From an uncultured cyanobacterium (GTDB taxonomy: Bacteria; Cyanobacteriota; Cyanobacteriia; Leptolyngbyales; Leptolyngbyaceae), in contig CAVYAN010000059.1 of the NCBI GenBank assembly GCA_963766075.1, positions 1 to 25,854 of the forward strand: DNA of 25,854 nucleotides. Direction: 5' to 3'. Positions 1 to 8,609 of this stretch are shown piece after piece. The position numbers and the translations under genes are program-made. Numbering within the stretch: the first letter of the stretch is position 1; each line of letters opens with the position of its first letter. The notes beneath the pieces are model-generated. The model worked only from the letters and a program-made list of their open reading frames with translations, made no database searches and was not told the origin of the DNA.

Positions 1-306
1 AGCATAATTCTAAATACGGGCTGATTTGCTTGCCTGCAGCCACACCTAAGGCTTGACCTTGTTTCTCGCTCAAGGGGAGGCGACCTAAAATACTTTTTAG
101 GGTGCGGATGTATCCGGCGTTTGTACCTGTAATTGCTGTGATAAAAAAACACCGACTTGGGGACCCACATGTTCCTGAAGTTGCGCGCGAATCCCGGCCT
201 CAATCTGTCCCAGATTTGTCATCTGACTTTTATCTGCGTCGGCATACAAAATCTTGGCAATGGCTTGCACGTGCTCATCGATCTGAGCTTTTTCGGCTGG
301 GGTCAT
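1..306 (-). CDS. ISKra4-family transposase, 5' part, with probable -1 frameshift at a T7 run
   Basis: ORF MTPAEKAQIDEHVQAIAKILY...QEHVGPQVGVF. A -1 shift at GTTTTTTTA (A7 at 143-149 on +) continues ITAITGTNAGYIRTLKSILGRLPLSEKQGQALGVAAGKQISPYLELC, open to the window edge. Resembles cyanobacterial ISKra4 transposases. Confidence 0.75.
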
Positions 307-385
307 GGATATACACTCCCTAAGTCAGGCTCAAACCCTGATTATACAAGACTTATTTTTCTACCCAAAAGGGTGACATGCTCCC
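1..385 (-). mobile_element. ISKra4-like insertion sequence, left end (continues beyond window start)
   Basis: The minus strand begins GGGAGCATGTCACCC at 385, then a transposase N-terminus. The interrupted host reading frame resumes on + just after 385. The other IS end is outside the window. Confidence 0.75.
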
Positions 386-870
386 GATTTCGATTGGCTA
401 AAAGCTTTAAGGCAATGGACTTAGGCGATGCTTATTCTGGTTCAGATACACCACAACTGTATTCAGCAATTACCAGAATTTTTCTTGTTTACTCAGCATT
501 TGAGACGTACTGCCACATTTTCGGAATGAATCCAAGTCGCGAGTCGGAGGTAAAATTGCTTCAAGATTCTCAGTCACAGGATCAAGTAATCAAAACTATT
601 CGTGATTTAGATCCTGAAAATGCTCTATCAAAGTATCTTTCACAACATTTAACTGGCAAGCATCTAAGGCAAATGATGTGTGATTTTCCGGCTAGTAAAG
701 AATTTAATGTCAGTTGCTTTGCGAGAAGCATTCGCCATGTTTTTGCTCATGGTATTTTAGCTGCCAACTCCACGGGGCTATCACCTAAGCGGTTTGATCA
801 GGTATCTCAAATTATTTCTGATTTCTTGTTAAGTTGTATGGATGAAGACTTTGATAAGCGCGTACCATGA
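386..870 (+). pseudogene. 3' part of an IS-interrupted cassette gene, HEPN-like (RxxxxH) protein
   Basis: Frame ...FRLAKSF...FLVYSAFETY...RSIRHVFAHG...DKRVP*. RHVFAH is an Rx4H motif with an upstream helical Glu. The 5' part of ORF 157-870 is IS sequence. Confidence 0.55.
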
Positions 871-871
871 G

Positions 872-962
872 ACCCAACACTTCGTTGGAGCGGAACGGAG
901 ATTTACGCGATCAGTTATAATTGAAAGCGCAAGTCCGTGCGCTCAACGCAAGGCCGTTGGGC
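872..962 (+). other. attC integron cassette recombination site (well formed)
   Basis: R'' ACCCAAC (872-878), 5-nt spacer, L'' GTTG[G]AGC pairing with L' GCTCAAC with one extrahelical base, inner arms ACGGA/TCCGT and TCAGTTA/TAATTGA, R' GTTGGGC (956-962). Starts 1 nt after a stop codon. Confidence 0.8.
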
Positions 963-982
963 TAACGTGAGGTATGTAACAA

Positions 983-1369
983 ATGACGGATAAACTTGAG
1001 CAGAATAAACAAACGGTTACAGCATTTTATGATCTGATGTTCAATCAGTGTAAGCCCGCAGAAGCCATAGAGAAATACGTCGGCGATATGTACATTCAAC
1101 ATAACCCGGCGGTAGCCGATGGTAAGCAGGCTTTCATCGAGTATTTTGAGAAGATGGCGAAAGAATATCCGGGCAAGCGCGTCCATTTTAAGCGTGTCAT
1201 CGCGGAGGGCGATTACGTCGTCTTGCACTGCTATCAGCAATGGCCAGGTGACAGCGATTGGGCTGGCATCGATATCTTTCGCCTTGATGTTAACGGCAAG
1301 ATAGTTGAGCATTGGGACGTACTTCAGACCATCCCAGAAAAATCGGCTAACAGTAATACGATGTTTTGA
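983..1369 (+). CDS. SnoaL-like / NTF2-fold protein (cassette gene)
   Basis: [15 protein letters not shown]...YIQHNP...DIFRLD...[16 protein letters not shown] upstream. Starts 20 nt after the attC R'. Confidence 0.85.
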   Translation: MTDKLEQNKQTVTAFYDLMFNQCKPAEAIEKYVGDMYIQHNPAVADGKQAFIEYFEKMAKEYPGKRVHFKRVIAEGDYVVLHCYQQWPGDSDWAGIDIFRLDVNGKIVEHWDVLQTIPEKSANSNTMF

Positions 1370-1378
1370 ATAGTAGTA

Positions 1379-1451
1379 GCATCGCCCACCAAAATCATCC
1401 AACTCATGCGCTTTACGGATGGTGGGCATCGCCCACCCTACCAAAATTTTA
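1379..1451. repeat. GTAG-type REP doublet, copy 1 (5'-truncated)
   Basis: GCATCGCCCACC-spacer-GGTGGGCATCGCCCACCCTAC-CAAAATTTT; near-identical to 2338-2419. Confidence 0.8.
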
Positions 1452-1474
1452 GTTACGACCAATCGCTTAATCGG

Positions 1475-1537
1475 TATAATTGAGGTGTTCATTGTAAAGT
1501 GTGAAATCCTAGATTCAACTTTGCGATGGGGTATAAT
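1475..1537 (+). promoter_or_regulatory. Putative promoter of the TA operon (two TATAAT boxes)
   Basis: TATAAT at 1475-1480 and 1532-1537 upstream of ATG 1564. Confidence 0.35.
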
Positions 1538-1563
1538 AGGATAGTTTCTAAGAGGCTACGAGC

Positions 1564-1941
1564 ATGCCTTCAGCGTCAAATACCCAATCAGTTATTATCC
1601 GAACAGAGCGGGGTCTAACGATCGCTGGTACTCGTCTGAGTTTGTACGACATCATGGATCTTCTGAAAGTCCAGTATCCACCAAAGTTGATCCGCGACAA
1701 GTTCAATCTCACGGATGACCAGATTAATGCTGCTTTGTCCTATATAGAGGCAAATCATGCTCAGATTGAAGCTGAATATCAAGAAGTGCTTAGAACCAGA
1801 GAAGAAATTCGTCAGTATTGGGAAGATCGCAACCGTGGGCATTTTTCTAAACTTGCGGAGATGCCACATAAGCCTGGACAAGAATCTCTTTGGGCAAAGC
1901 TAGAGGAGCAGAAAGCTAAACGCGCTTCCGAGGCGGTATGA
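1564..1941 (+). CDS. DUF433 antitoxin (VapB45-like)
   Basis: IIRTERGLTIAGTRLSLYDIMDLL...FNLTDDQINAALSYIEAN; overlaps the next gene (ATGA). Confidence 0.85.
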   Translation: MPSASNTQSVIIRTERGLTIAGTRLSLYDIMDLLKVQYPPKLIRDKFNLTDDQINAALSYIEANHAQIEAEYQEVLRTREEIRQYWEDRNRGHFSKLAEMPHKPGQESLWAKLEEQKAKRASEAV

Positions 1942-2330
1942 CTTTTCTGGTTGATTACAATCTTGATGGTTATGCTTTTGTTTTCCTCGGGATCTTGACA
2001 AAACTTGGCTGGCTTGAGTTTTTGCCTCTTCGGTTTGTTACATTTAGAGAGGCTGGGCTGTCGATGAATAGTAGCGATCGTATTGTCTGGTGCTACGCTC
2101 AAGCAAATCAAATGATGATACTCACAGCAAACCGGAACATGAAGGGTGAGGATTCACTAGAGCAAGTTATGCGCGAAGAAAATACAGCCGCTTCATTTCC
2201 TGTGATTACTATCGGAGATCTTGATCGCTTGGATGAATTTAGCTATCGTGAGCGATGCATTGATCGCCTTCTTGAGATTACGTTGGATATAGAAAGATAT
2301 ATGGGCGTTGGGCGACTCTTTATTCCATAG
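1938..2330 (+). CDS. DUF5615 PIN-like toxin (VapC45-like)
   Basis: N-terminal FLVDYNL, SDRIVW.YAQ..MMILTANR motifs; translationally coupled to the DUF433 gene. Confidence 0.8.
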   Translation: MTFLVDYNLDGYAFVFLGILTKLGWLEFLPLRFVTFREAGLSMNSSDRIVWCYAQANQMMILTANRNMKGEDSLEQVMREENTAASFPVITIGDLDRLDEFSYRERCIDRLLEITLDIERYMGVGRLFIP

Positions 2331-2337
2331 AGGAGGA

Positions 2338-2419
2338 GTAGGGTGGGCGATGCTCACCAAAACCATCCAACTCATGTGCTTTACGGATGGTGGGCGATGC
2401 CCACCCCACCAAAATTTTA
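2338..2419. repeat. GTAG-type REP doublet, copy 2
   Basis: GTAGGGTGGGCGATGCTCACC-spacer-GGTGGGCGATGCCCACCCCAC-CAAAATTTTA. Confidence 0.8.
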
Positions 2420-2523
2420 CTGTAAGTTTGGCGAGCTGGCGTGAACGCAAATGAATATGACCGTTCTACGGCTTGGGGTGAAGTTGTGGCAATTCTTCAA
2501 TATGGCTGGTTTGCGGTGTAGGT

Positions 2524-2646
2524 GAACCCATACGCCTTCAAAGTAACAGAGGGTTTAGTCGCACAGAGATTAACCGCATTCAAAAACTTGTTGAAGAACA
2601 TAAAGAGCAATTGCTAGTAGGCTGAAATGAATTCTTTAACGATTGA
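2524..2646 (+). pseudogene. DUF4160 remnant (5' end lost, internal TGA)
   Basis: EPIRLQSNRGFSRTEINRIQKLVEEHKEQLLVG*NEFFND*. TGA at 2623-2625 sits where the family has Trp (WNEFF). Overlaps the DUF2442 start. Confidence 0.7.
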
Positions 2647-2935
2647 ACTGCTTGAAATGCCCACAATTCAGCAAGTGACAGTCACAGACGACACGCTTTC
2701 CGTGGATTTATCTGATGGGCGCACCCTATCTGTTCCAATAGCATGGTACCCTCGCCTCTTGCAGGTCTCAATTGAAGAACGCAACGATTGTCGCTTCATT
2801 ACGAATGGTAACGGAATTCATTGGAATCAGCTAGACGAAGACATCAGCATCAAGAATCAGATTCTTGGGCAACCATCTGGCGAAAGTCAAAAATCGTTTC
2901 AGCGGTGGTTAAGTAGTCGAGTGGTGACGGTCTAA
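2627..2935 (+). CDS. DUF2442 protein (antitoxin-like partner of DUF4160)
   Basis: VTVTDDTLSVDLSDGRTLSVPIAWYPRL...GIHWNQLDEDISI. Confidence 0.85.
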   Translation: MNSLTIELLEMPTIQQVTVTDDTLSVDLSDGRTLSVPIAWYPRLLQVSIEERNDCRFITNGNGIHWNQLDEDISIKNQILGQPSGESQKSFQRWLSSRVVTV

Positions 2936-2936
2936 C
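2930..2936 (+). other. Isolated attC R'' half site overlapping the DUF2442 stop codon
   Basis: GTCTAAC (RYYYAAC) contains the TAA stop; no matching L/R' boxes follow. Confidence 0.4.
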
Positions 2937-2973
2937 ATATGCCCTGAGCCGAATGAGTTGCCTAAACTTCAGC

Positions 2974-3102
2974 ATGTCAAGATTTTTGTCTAGGGCATTC
3001 CTCGCAGACAAGCTAGTCGAAAGCCTAGAGTTTGACACCGATCCAACCGTTCAGGCAACTTGGGTTACTGAAGCAAAGAAACGACGAGCTTCAGATTCGT
3101 AA
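2974..3102 (+). pseudogene. Addiction-module antitoxin remnant (ParE-associated)
   Basis: SRAFLADKLVESLEFDTDPTVQATWVTEAKKRR; N- and C-termini look deleted. Confidence 0.65.
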
Positions 3103-3678
3103 GCGCAGGCATTCATCAATGCTATTGAGGATGCAGTCTACTGGATTAAAGAATCGCCTACTCGTTATATTGTGATTGACGAGGATGTTCGACGATGGAT
3201 GACACGCAAATTTCCCTATGGAATTCTCAATACAATTGAGTAAGGGACTTCCCCATAAATAATCATGCCATCAGAGCGTTACACCCGCCCCGCAAATGAA
3301 GAATACCGGTGGCGAATTGGAACCAGAAAATGGACGCGCGATTTGAGCGTGATCGGCGATCGCATCCTCCGCGCCGGAATGAAATTCGGCGCTCTCAGGG
3401 CGAAGTCAGTTAGAAACTGACTGGAACGGCTATGATCGCTGACTCCGTCCAGTGGATCGGATGGAACGCAAAGCCCCGGATCTTACAGTCCACTTCTAGT
3501 GGACTTCGCTCTAAGAGCGCCGACTTCTAGTCCGGCGCGGGTCCGAGCGATCGCCGATGAATGTCCAAAGGTATTTTTCTCTTGAATTCGCCACGGGTAT
3601 CCTGAATGGCGGGGTTGGGATGATGATTTATTTGGAAGTCCCTAAGACTATATGATCTTGGCAGTGACGCCCTGTTTA
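3103..3678 (+). pseudogene. RelE/ParE-family toxin remnant split by a MITE
   Basis: AQAFINAIEDAVYWIKESPTRY...VRRWMTRKFPYGILNTIE* (to 3243), continuing DYMILAV after the insertion (3646 onward); start lost. Confidence 0.7.
3244..3642. mobile_element. MITE (399 bp, non-coding) with 26-bp TIR and TAA target duplication
   Basis: Left GGGACTTCCCCATAAATAATCATGCC vs right reverse complement GGGACTTCCAAATAAATCATCATCCC (22/26); TAA at 3241-3243 and 3643-3645. Confidence 0.8.
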
Positions 3679-3717
3679 GGAGTCCTCGGCTCTCGCGTTC
3701 AGCCCGGCGAGAGTGCA

Positions 3718-3781
3718 GGCTAACTATTTACTGCTAGCACCACAGCCCTGACGGGCCGCAGCCTGAACTCAAACCTTAGAC
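3718..3781 (+). other. Degenerate short attC site
   Basis: GGCTAAC at 3718, GCCC-TGAC-GGGC apical hairpin, CTGAACTCAAAC, then CTTAGAC (3775-3781; G>C relative to GTTAGAC). Confidence 0.5.
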
Positions 3782-3836
3782 GGCTCTCGGGCAACATGCG
3801 AAACTGGCGGTAATTCCATTAATTGAGGAATGAATG

Positions 3837-4295
3837 ATGTCAGATGAAAAAGGAACCGTTCGCCTTCACCGGGTGCTGAAAGCACCACCGGAAAGAGTCT
3901 ACAAGGCTTTTCTCGATCCAAGTGCACTAGAGAGGTGGCTACCCCCGTACGGATTCACTGGAAAAATTCACGATATGGATGCACACGTTGGCGGTGGCTA
4001 TCGTATGTCATTCACCAACTTCAGCACGGGAAGCAGTCATTCATTTACCGCCAAGTACACCGAGCTTGTTGCTAGTCAGCGCATTCGACATACCGATAAA
4101 TTTGACGACCCAAACCTACCTGGTGAAATGCGGGTATCCATTGACCTGAAGTCCGTCGTGTGCGGAACTGAACTCACTATCCTTCAGGAGGGAATTCCAT
4201 CAGCTATTCCTGTCGAATTATGCTACTTGGGCTGGCAGGAATCTCTTAACATGTTGGCGCGAGTCGTCGAACCGGATATCCCTGATGGTGCGTAA
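3837..4295 (+). CDS. SRPBCC / AHSA1-like protein (cassette gene)
   Basis: VRLHRVLKAPPERVYKAFLDP..LERWLPP...GGGYRMSF...GWQESL; GAGGA RBS at 3825-3829; alternative ATG at 3834. Confidence 0.88.
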   Translation: MSDEKGTVRLHRVLKAPPERVYKAFLDPSALERWLPPYGFTGKIHDMDAHVGGGYRMSFTNFSTGSSHSFTAKYTELVASQRIRHTDKFDDPNLPGEMRVSIDLKSVVCGTELTILQEGIPSAIPVELCYLGWQESLNMLARVVEPDIPDGA

Positions 4296-4322
4296 TGACC
4301 ATTTGAAACGGTGCGAACCACC

Positions 4323-4408
4323 ACCCAATACGCTGCTACAGCGGACGGTATTAAAATCTTGGTAGTGATGTAAAAGTGCTCTGCCGCCGCTAACCCAGAA
4401 CGTGACTA
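4323..4408 (+). other. Degenerate terminal attC site
   Basis: ACCCAAT (R''-like), CAGCGG[A]CGGTA pairing with TGCCGCCGCT with an extrahelical A, ending CAGAACGTGA (R' mutated); abuts the ATPase stop. Confidence 0.6.
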
Positions 4409-7153
4409 GCGGCGTATGAACCACTTCTCGGTTTCGATCGCCCAAAAGACAACAGTGCTCAACCCAATACTAATGGTGAGATCGATCGCCGATAGGGAGA
4501 CAGTGTGAAAAACGACTTGCAACACCGGAATATAAATTACGGCCATTTGCAAGCCCACCGTCAGCAGCATAGCGGCCAATAGCGGTCGATTGGAAAATAG
4601 CCCCAACCGAAAGAGAGAATCCCGCTGCGAACGCATGGCAGCAGCCAAGCTGACCCGCGATAAGGTCAGGGTCGTGAACACCATGGTTTGCCAATTGGCC
4701 GCTCCTGCAAACCAATAGTGATTCGCAATAGCGAGCAAAATCAGCCCCAACAATAGCCCCACCCAAATAATCTCGCGACCCACCCCCCGACTAAAAATGC
4801 TGTCACTCGGGCGATGCGGCGGACGGCGCATAATGTTGCGCTCGGCAGGTTCCACACTCAAGGCCAAGGCCAGTAGACCATCCGCCAACAGATTAACCCA
4901 AAGAATTTGCAGCGGAATCAGGGGCAGCGGCATCCCTAAAAACGGAGCCAGCAGAATCACCCAAAGTTCACCCGCATTCCCCGTTAAGGTGTACTTGATG
5001 AACTTCCGAATATTGTCATAGATGACGCGTCCCGCCTGAACCGCCGTCACAATGCTGGCGAAGTTATCATCCAGCAGCACCATGTCGGCGGCTTCCTTCG
5101 TGACATCGGTCCCCGTAATGCCCATAGAAATGCCAATATCGGCTTGCCTCAGGGCGGGTGCATCATTCACGCCATCCCCCGTCATGGCAACAATGTGACC
5201 GCAGTCCTGAAAGGCTTTCACAATATCTAATTTGTTCTGGGGTGAAACCCTGGCATAGATTGAAAAAGTTGCCACTTGAGTTTTCAGGTCTTCTTTAGAT
5301 AATTGCGATATGGCCTGTCCTGTGAGGATGCGATCGTCGGGAACGATCCCCAACGCGCGGGCGATCGCCTGTGCCGTCAGGGGGTGATCCCCCGTGATCA
5401 TGACGGGTTGAATCCCCGCTTCTTGACATTTCAGCACGGCCTGTTTTGCTTCAGGTCGCACCGGATCAATCATCCCAATCATCCCGATAAAAATCAGATC
5501 CTGTTCCAGCGGCTCTCGGTCCCAATCCACGGTGGGGGCCGTAAACGTGTGAAAGGCAATTCCTAAAACGCGCAGGCCGTTCCGGGCTAATCGGTCGTTA
5601 TCTGCCAGAATTTCTTGACGCCGCTGCGCATCCAGGGGTTGGGGTTGCCCCTTCACCAAAATTCGATCGCTCACCGTCAATAAGCTGCCCACGCTCCCTT
5701 TGGTGAAGGCAATATAATTCACCTGGCCCAGTCCCAACAGTTCAGCTTTGATCAGCGCCAAGGCGACGGGAAACGGATCGGTGGCGGAGGGAAGGTGATG
5801 CACCGTTGTCATTCGCTTGCGGACGGCATCAAAGGGTTGCTCCGCAATGCGGGGCAAGGATTGCTCTAGCGTGGTCTTCGCCAAGCCCAACTGTGCCGCT
5901 GTCATCACTAAGGCCCCCTCCGTTGGATCGCCCACCGCATGCAACGGGTGAGGACTATCCGGATGGGGTTCTAGCAAGGCGTCATTGCACAGCGCCGCCC
6001 CGCACAGCAGCCAAGCTAAGGCGGGCTGGGCTGCCAGCAAACCCGACAAATCGTCATCCGTATGCAGTTCCGCAGTACGCAGTTCCGCCAAACGCGAGGT
6101 CAAATCAATTTGATAGCCCTCGACTGCCAAAAATGTCGCCGTCATCTGATTTTCCGTGAGCGTCCCGGTTTTATCCGAGCAAATGACGGTGACGGAGCCG
6201 AGGGTTTCCACGGCGGGGAGCTTGCGAATCAAGGCGTGCTGTTTCAGCATGCGCTGTGCTCCCAGCGCCAAAGCAATGGTGACAACGGCGGGCAAGCCTT
6301 CGGGGATGGCGGCAACAGCGAGACTGACTGCGGTCAGGAACATCAGCGATAATTCTTCACCCCGCCAGAGGCCCAACCCAAAGATCACGGCCACCAGCAG
6401 CAGCGTAATCAAGGCTAGCTTCGTGCCGAGCTGGTCAAGCCGATGTTGGAGTGGCGTTGGCTTAGGTTTTACGGTTTGGATGGCGGTGGCAATGCGGCCT
6501 AACTCTGTAGCAGCCCCGGTGGCGGTAACAACACCGAGTCCACGACCATAGGTAATCACAGTGCCCATATAGGCCATATTGCAGCGATCGCCGATGGGCA
6601 GATCCGCCGATGCCAACCGTTGAGTATTTTTGTCCGATGGCTCCGATTCTCCCGTGAGCGAGGCTTCCTGAATGCGAAGATTGGCACTTTCGAGCAACCG
6701 ATAGTCCGCTGCTACCCGGTTTCCCGTTTCAAGGAGAATGATATCGCCCGGAACTAACAGATGGGATGAGATCTCCTCCACGCGCTGTGCCCGACGCACT
6801 TTAACCGTGGACACGGCGAGTTTTTTGAGGGCGGCGATCGCTTGCCTTGCCTGATACTCTTGGCGAACACCTAAAATGGCATTAAATGCCACGATGACCA
6901 AAATTGCTACCGCATTGGTGTAGTCGCGTAATGCCGTGGAAATCAACGCCGCTACAATTAACACCACAACCATCGTCGCCGTCAATTGCGTCCAAAGAAT
7001 TTGCCAGAGGGTCTCTCCGGGAGGCTCCGTCAATTCGTTATGGCCGTATTGCGTCAATCGGCGAGTCACTTCCGCAGGGTCTAACCCATCAGTGGCCGAT
7101 GTGTTGAGTTGCTGCAATACGGCGGTGGAGTCCAACATATACCAAGGACTCAT
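4406..7153 (-). CDS. Cation-translocating P-type ATPase (type II, Ca2+/PacL-like)
   Basis: [23 protein letters not shown] and [12 protein letters not shown] motifs; ATG 7153 preceded by AAGGAG. Confidence 0.93.
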   Translation of the reverse strand: MSPWYMLDSTAVLQQLNTSATDGLDPAEVTRRLTQYGHNELTEPPGETLWQILWTQLTATMVVVLIVAALISTALRDYTNAVAILVIVAFNAILGVRQEYQARQAIAALKKLAVSTVKVRRAQRVEEISSHLLVPGDIILLETGNRVAADYRLLESANLRIQEASLTGESEPSDKNTQRLASADLPIGDRCNMAYMGTVITYGRGLGVVTATGAATELGRIATAIQTVKPKPTPLQHRLDQLGTKLALITLLLVAVIFGLGLWRGEELSLMFLTAVSLAVAAIPEGLPAVVTIALALGAQRMLKQHALIRKLPAVETLGSVTVICSDKTGTLTENQMTATFLAVEGYQIDLTSRLAELRTAELHTDDDLSGLLAAQPALAWLLCGAALCNDALLEPHPDSPHPLHAVGDPTEGALVMTAAQLGLAKTTLEQSLPRIAEQPFDAVRKRMTTVHHLPSATDPFPVALALIKAELLGLGQVNYIAFTKGSVGSLLTVSDRILVKGQPQPLDAQRRQEILADNDRLARNGLRVLGIAFHTFTAPTVDWDREPLEQDLIFIGMIGMIDPVRPEAKQAVLKCQEAGIQPVMITGDHPLTAQAIARALGIVPDDRILTGQAISQLSKEDLKTQVATFSIYARVSPQNKLDIVKAFQDCGHIVAMTGDGVNDAPALRQADIGISMGITGTDVTKEAADMVLLDDNFASIVTAVQAGRVIYDNIRKFIKYTLTGNAGELWVILLAPFLGMPLPLIPLQILWVNLLADGLLALALSVEPAERNIMRRPPHRPSDSIFSRGVGREIIWVGLLLGLILLAIANHYWFAGAANWQTMVFTTLTLSRVSLAAAMRSQRDSLFRLGLFSNRPLLAAMLLTVGLQMAVIYIPVLQVVFHTVSLSAIDLTISIGLSTVVFWAIETEKWFIRR

Positions 7154-7253
7154 ATTCCACTCCTTCAATAGAGACTATCAGCCCGCCTAATCCAAGAGTG
7201 TTCATGCCCTCTGTCGTCATCACCATGCCCGCATTACTTTCATACAGGTCTCA

Positions 7254-8169
7254 GAGGATGTCTGAGAAGTTAACAGCTACGCTAGCCGTCTGAGCATGAG
7301 TCGAATCATGGCAACATAGATGAAGGTTTCGGAGGTTTCCGGCAAAACTTCGTAGTCTTTCGATAAGCGGCGTGACCAATTGAGCCATCCCCAAGTGCGT
7401 TCGACTACCCACCGTTTCGGCAATAAGACGAAGCCCTTGGCCGCCTCTGAACGTTTAATGGTTTCGAGAATCCAGCGGTAGGTATCCATCGTCCACCGCA
7501 TAAAATCCACGCCTTCATAGGTTCCATCAACCCAAATGCGCACCAACCGCGTTATCCGCTCCGGCACCGCCGCAAGGCGATTAAAGAGGAGACGCGCCCC
7601 CGCTTGGTCACTGACATTGGCCGCCGTGACCACAACCATCATGACCAACCCCAAGGTGTCCACCATGAGGTGACGTTTGCGTCCTTTCGTTTTTTTGCCG
7701 CCATCAAAACCGATGGTGATCGCCGTGGGAAGGCCGGTTTTTACCGATTGGGAATCCATACTGGCAGCACTCGGCACGGCCTCATGCCCTTGAATCGTCC
7801 GCTCCCACTCGACACATTGGGTATGAATCTTCTCCCAGGTACCCTCTAAGCGCCATGCCCTGAAGTAGTGATAGACCGTTTGCCACTTGGGAAAGTCGTG
7901 TGGCAACATGCGCCATGCACCACCCGCAACAACTATATAAAAGATGGCATTGATAACGGCTCTGAGATCGACACTGCGGGGGCGTCCACCCGCTTTAGCA
8001 GCAGGGAGCAACGGTAACAAAAGTTCCCATTGTGCATCACTCATGTCAGTCGGATAGGATAGGTTCATGGCTCTCATTCTTCTGTCAAGGTTTCTTTCTT
8101 CTGACAGTTTACGGAATGAGGGCTTCTTTTTCCCTTCCTACGCTATGTCTGGGCTTTTCAGACATCCTC
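7254..8169 (-). mobile_element. IS5-family (IS1031-like) insertion sequence, 916 bp
   Basis: TIRs GAGGATGTCTGAGAAG / GAGGATGTCTGAAAAG (15/16); TCA target duplication at 7251-7253 and 8170-8172. Confidence 0.92.
7277..8077 (-). CDS. IS5-family transposase
   Basis: YPTDMSDAQW...GGRPR...DSQSVKT...GRKRHLMVDT...RWVVERTWGWL..SRRLSKDYE. Confidence 0.93.
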   Translation of the reverse strand: MRAMNLSYPTDMSDAQWELLLPLLPAAKAGGRPRSVDLRAVINAIFYIVVAGGAWRMLPHDFPKWQTVYHYFRAWRLEGTWEKIHTQCVEWERTIQGHEAVPSAASMDSQSVKTGLPTAITIGFDGGKKTKGRKRHLMVDTLGLVMMVVVTAANVSDQAGARLLFNRLAAVPERITRLVRIWVDGTYEGVDFMRWTMDTYRWILETIKRSEAAKGFVLLPKRWVVERTWGWLNWSRRLSKDYEVLPETSETFIYVAMIRLMLRRLA

Positions 8170-8185
8170 TCAACTAGGGTTGCTA

Positions 8186-8308
8186 TAAGTAGAAAGGTGC
8201 AATTATTTATAAAACCGGACTTCAACTCCGCTCTCAACGCCTGGACTCGCGGGGTGAGCGGAGCCGAACCCCAAACTAATCGTTAGTTTCATTCCGCCCA
8301 CCCACTTA
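8186..8308. repeat. Degenerate MITE-like element containing a REP-like hairpin
   Basis: Ends TAAGT.../...ACTTA with weak TIRs; inner TTCAACTCCGCTC...GAGCGGAGCCGAA inverted repeat. Confidence 0.4.
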
Positions 8309-8309
8309 G

Positions 8310-8609
8310 CTAGTCAAAGAGTCCTTCTACTTTTTGCCGAAACACAATCAAAGCATGGGTAGACTGTAACGGCTTTAAATATTCTAGTAATTGATCAGAA
8401 ATTTCGGAGGTCACAATCGTTTTGACTTCAATGTTGGTGTTATAGCCGGCAATGTCTCCCATTCGTCTCCCATGACTGCCTGCGCCTTGAGTTGGAACTA
8501 TTGAATATCCGGATACATTTAGCTTAATTAACAATTGGATTAAACGATCTTGCAAAACGGCTTCACTAATAATTGTGACAAGAGTACCCGTAACTAAAGA
8601 CAAGGACAT
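8310..8609 (-). CDS. PII-like signalling protein (SbtB-like)
   Basis: LVTIISEAVLQDRL...VSGYSI...GAGSHGRR...NIEVKTIV; 99 aa; GGAG RBS. Confidence 0.75.
   Translation of the reverse strand: MSLSLVTGTLVTIISEAVLQDRLIQLLIKLNVSGYSIVPTQGAGSHGRRMGDIAGYNTNIEVKTIVTSEISDQLLEYLKPLQSTHALIVFRQKVEGLFD

Noticed and set aside
157..870. 237-aa ORF as a single gene
   Set aside because: The first ~76 codons are antisense IS sequence; the ORF is a chimera across the IS end at 385
962..1492. 176-aa minus-strand ORF
   Set aside because: Shadow of the SnoaL gene plus REP sequence
4470..7190. Multiple short ORFs overlapping the ATPase (and similar ones inside cobS, nupC, the kinases and arsA)
   Set aside because: Alternative-frame or antisense shadows of well-supported genes
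7203..7237. Similarity to the DUF2227 5' end at 25720-25752 (CATGCCCTCTG...CCATG...GCATTAC) as att-like direct repeats
   Set aside because: It needs two gaps and several mismatches, could be chance, and would enclose core genes
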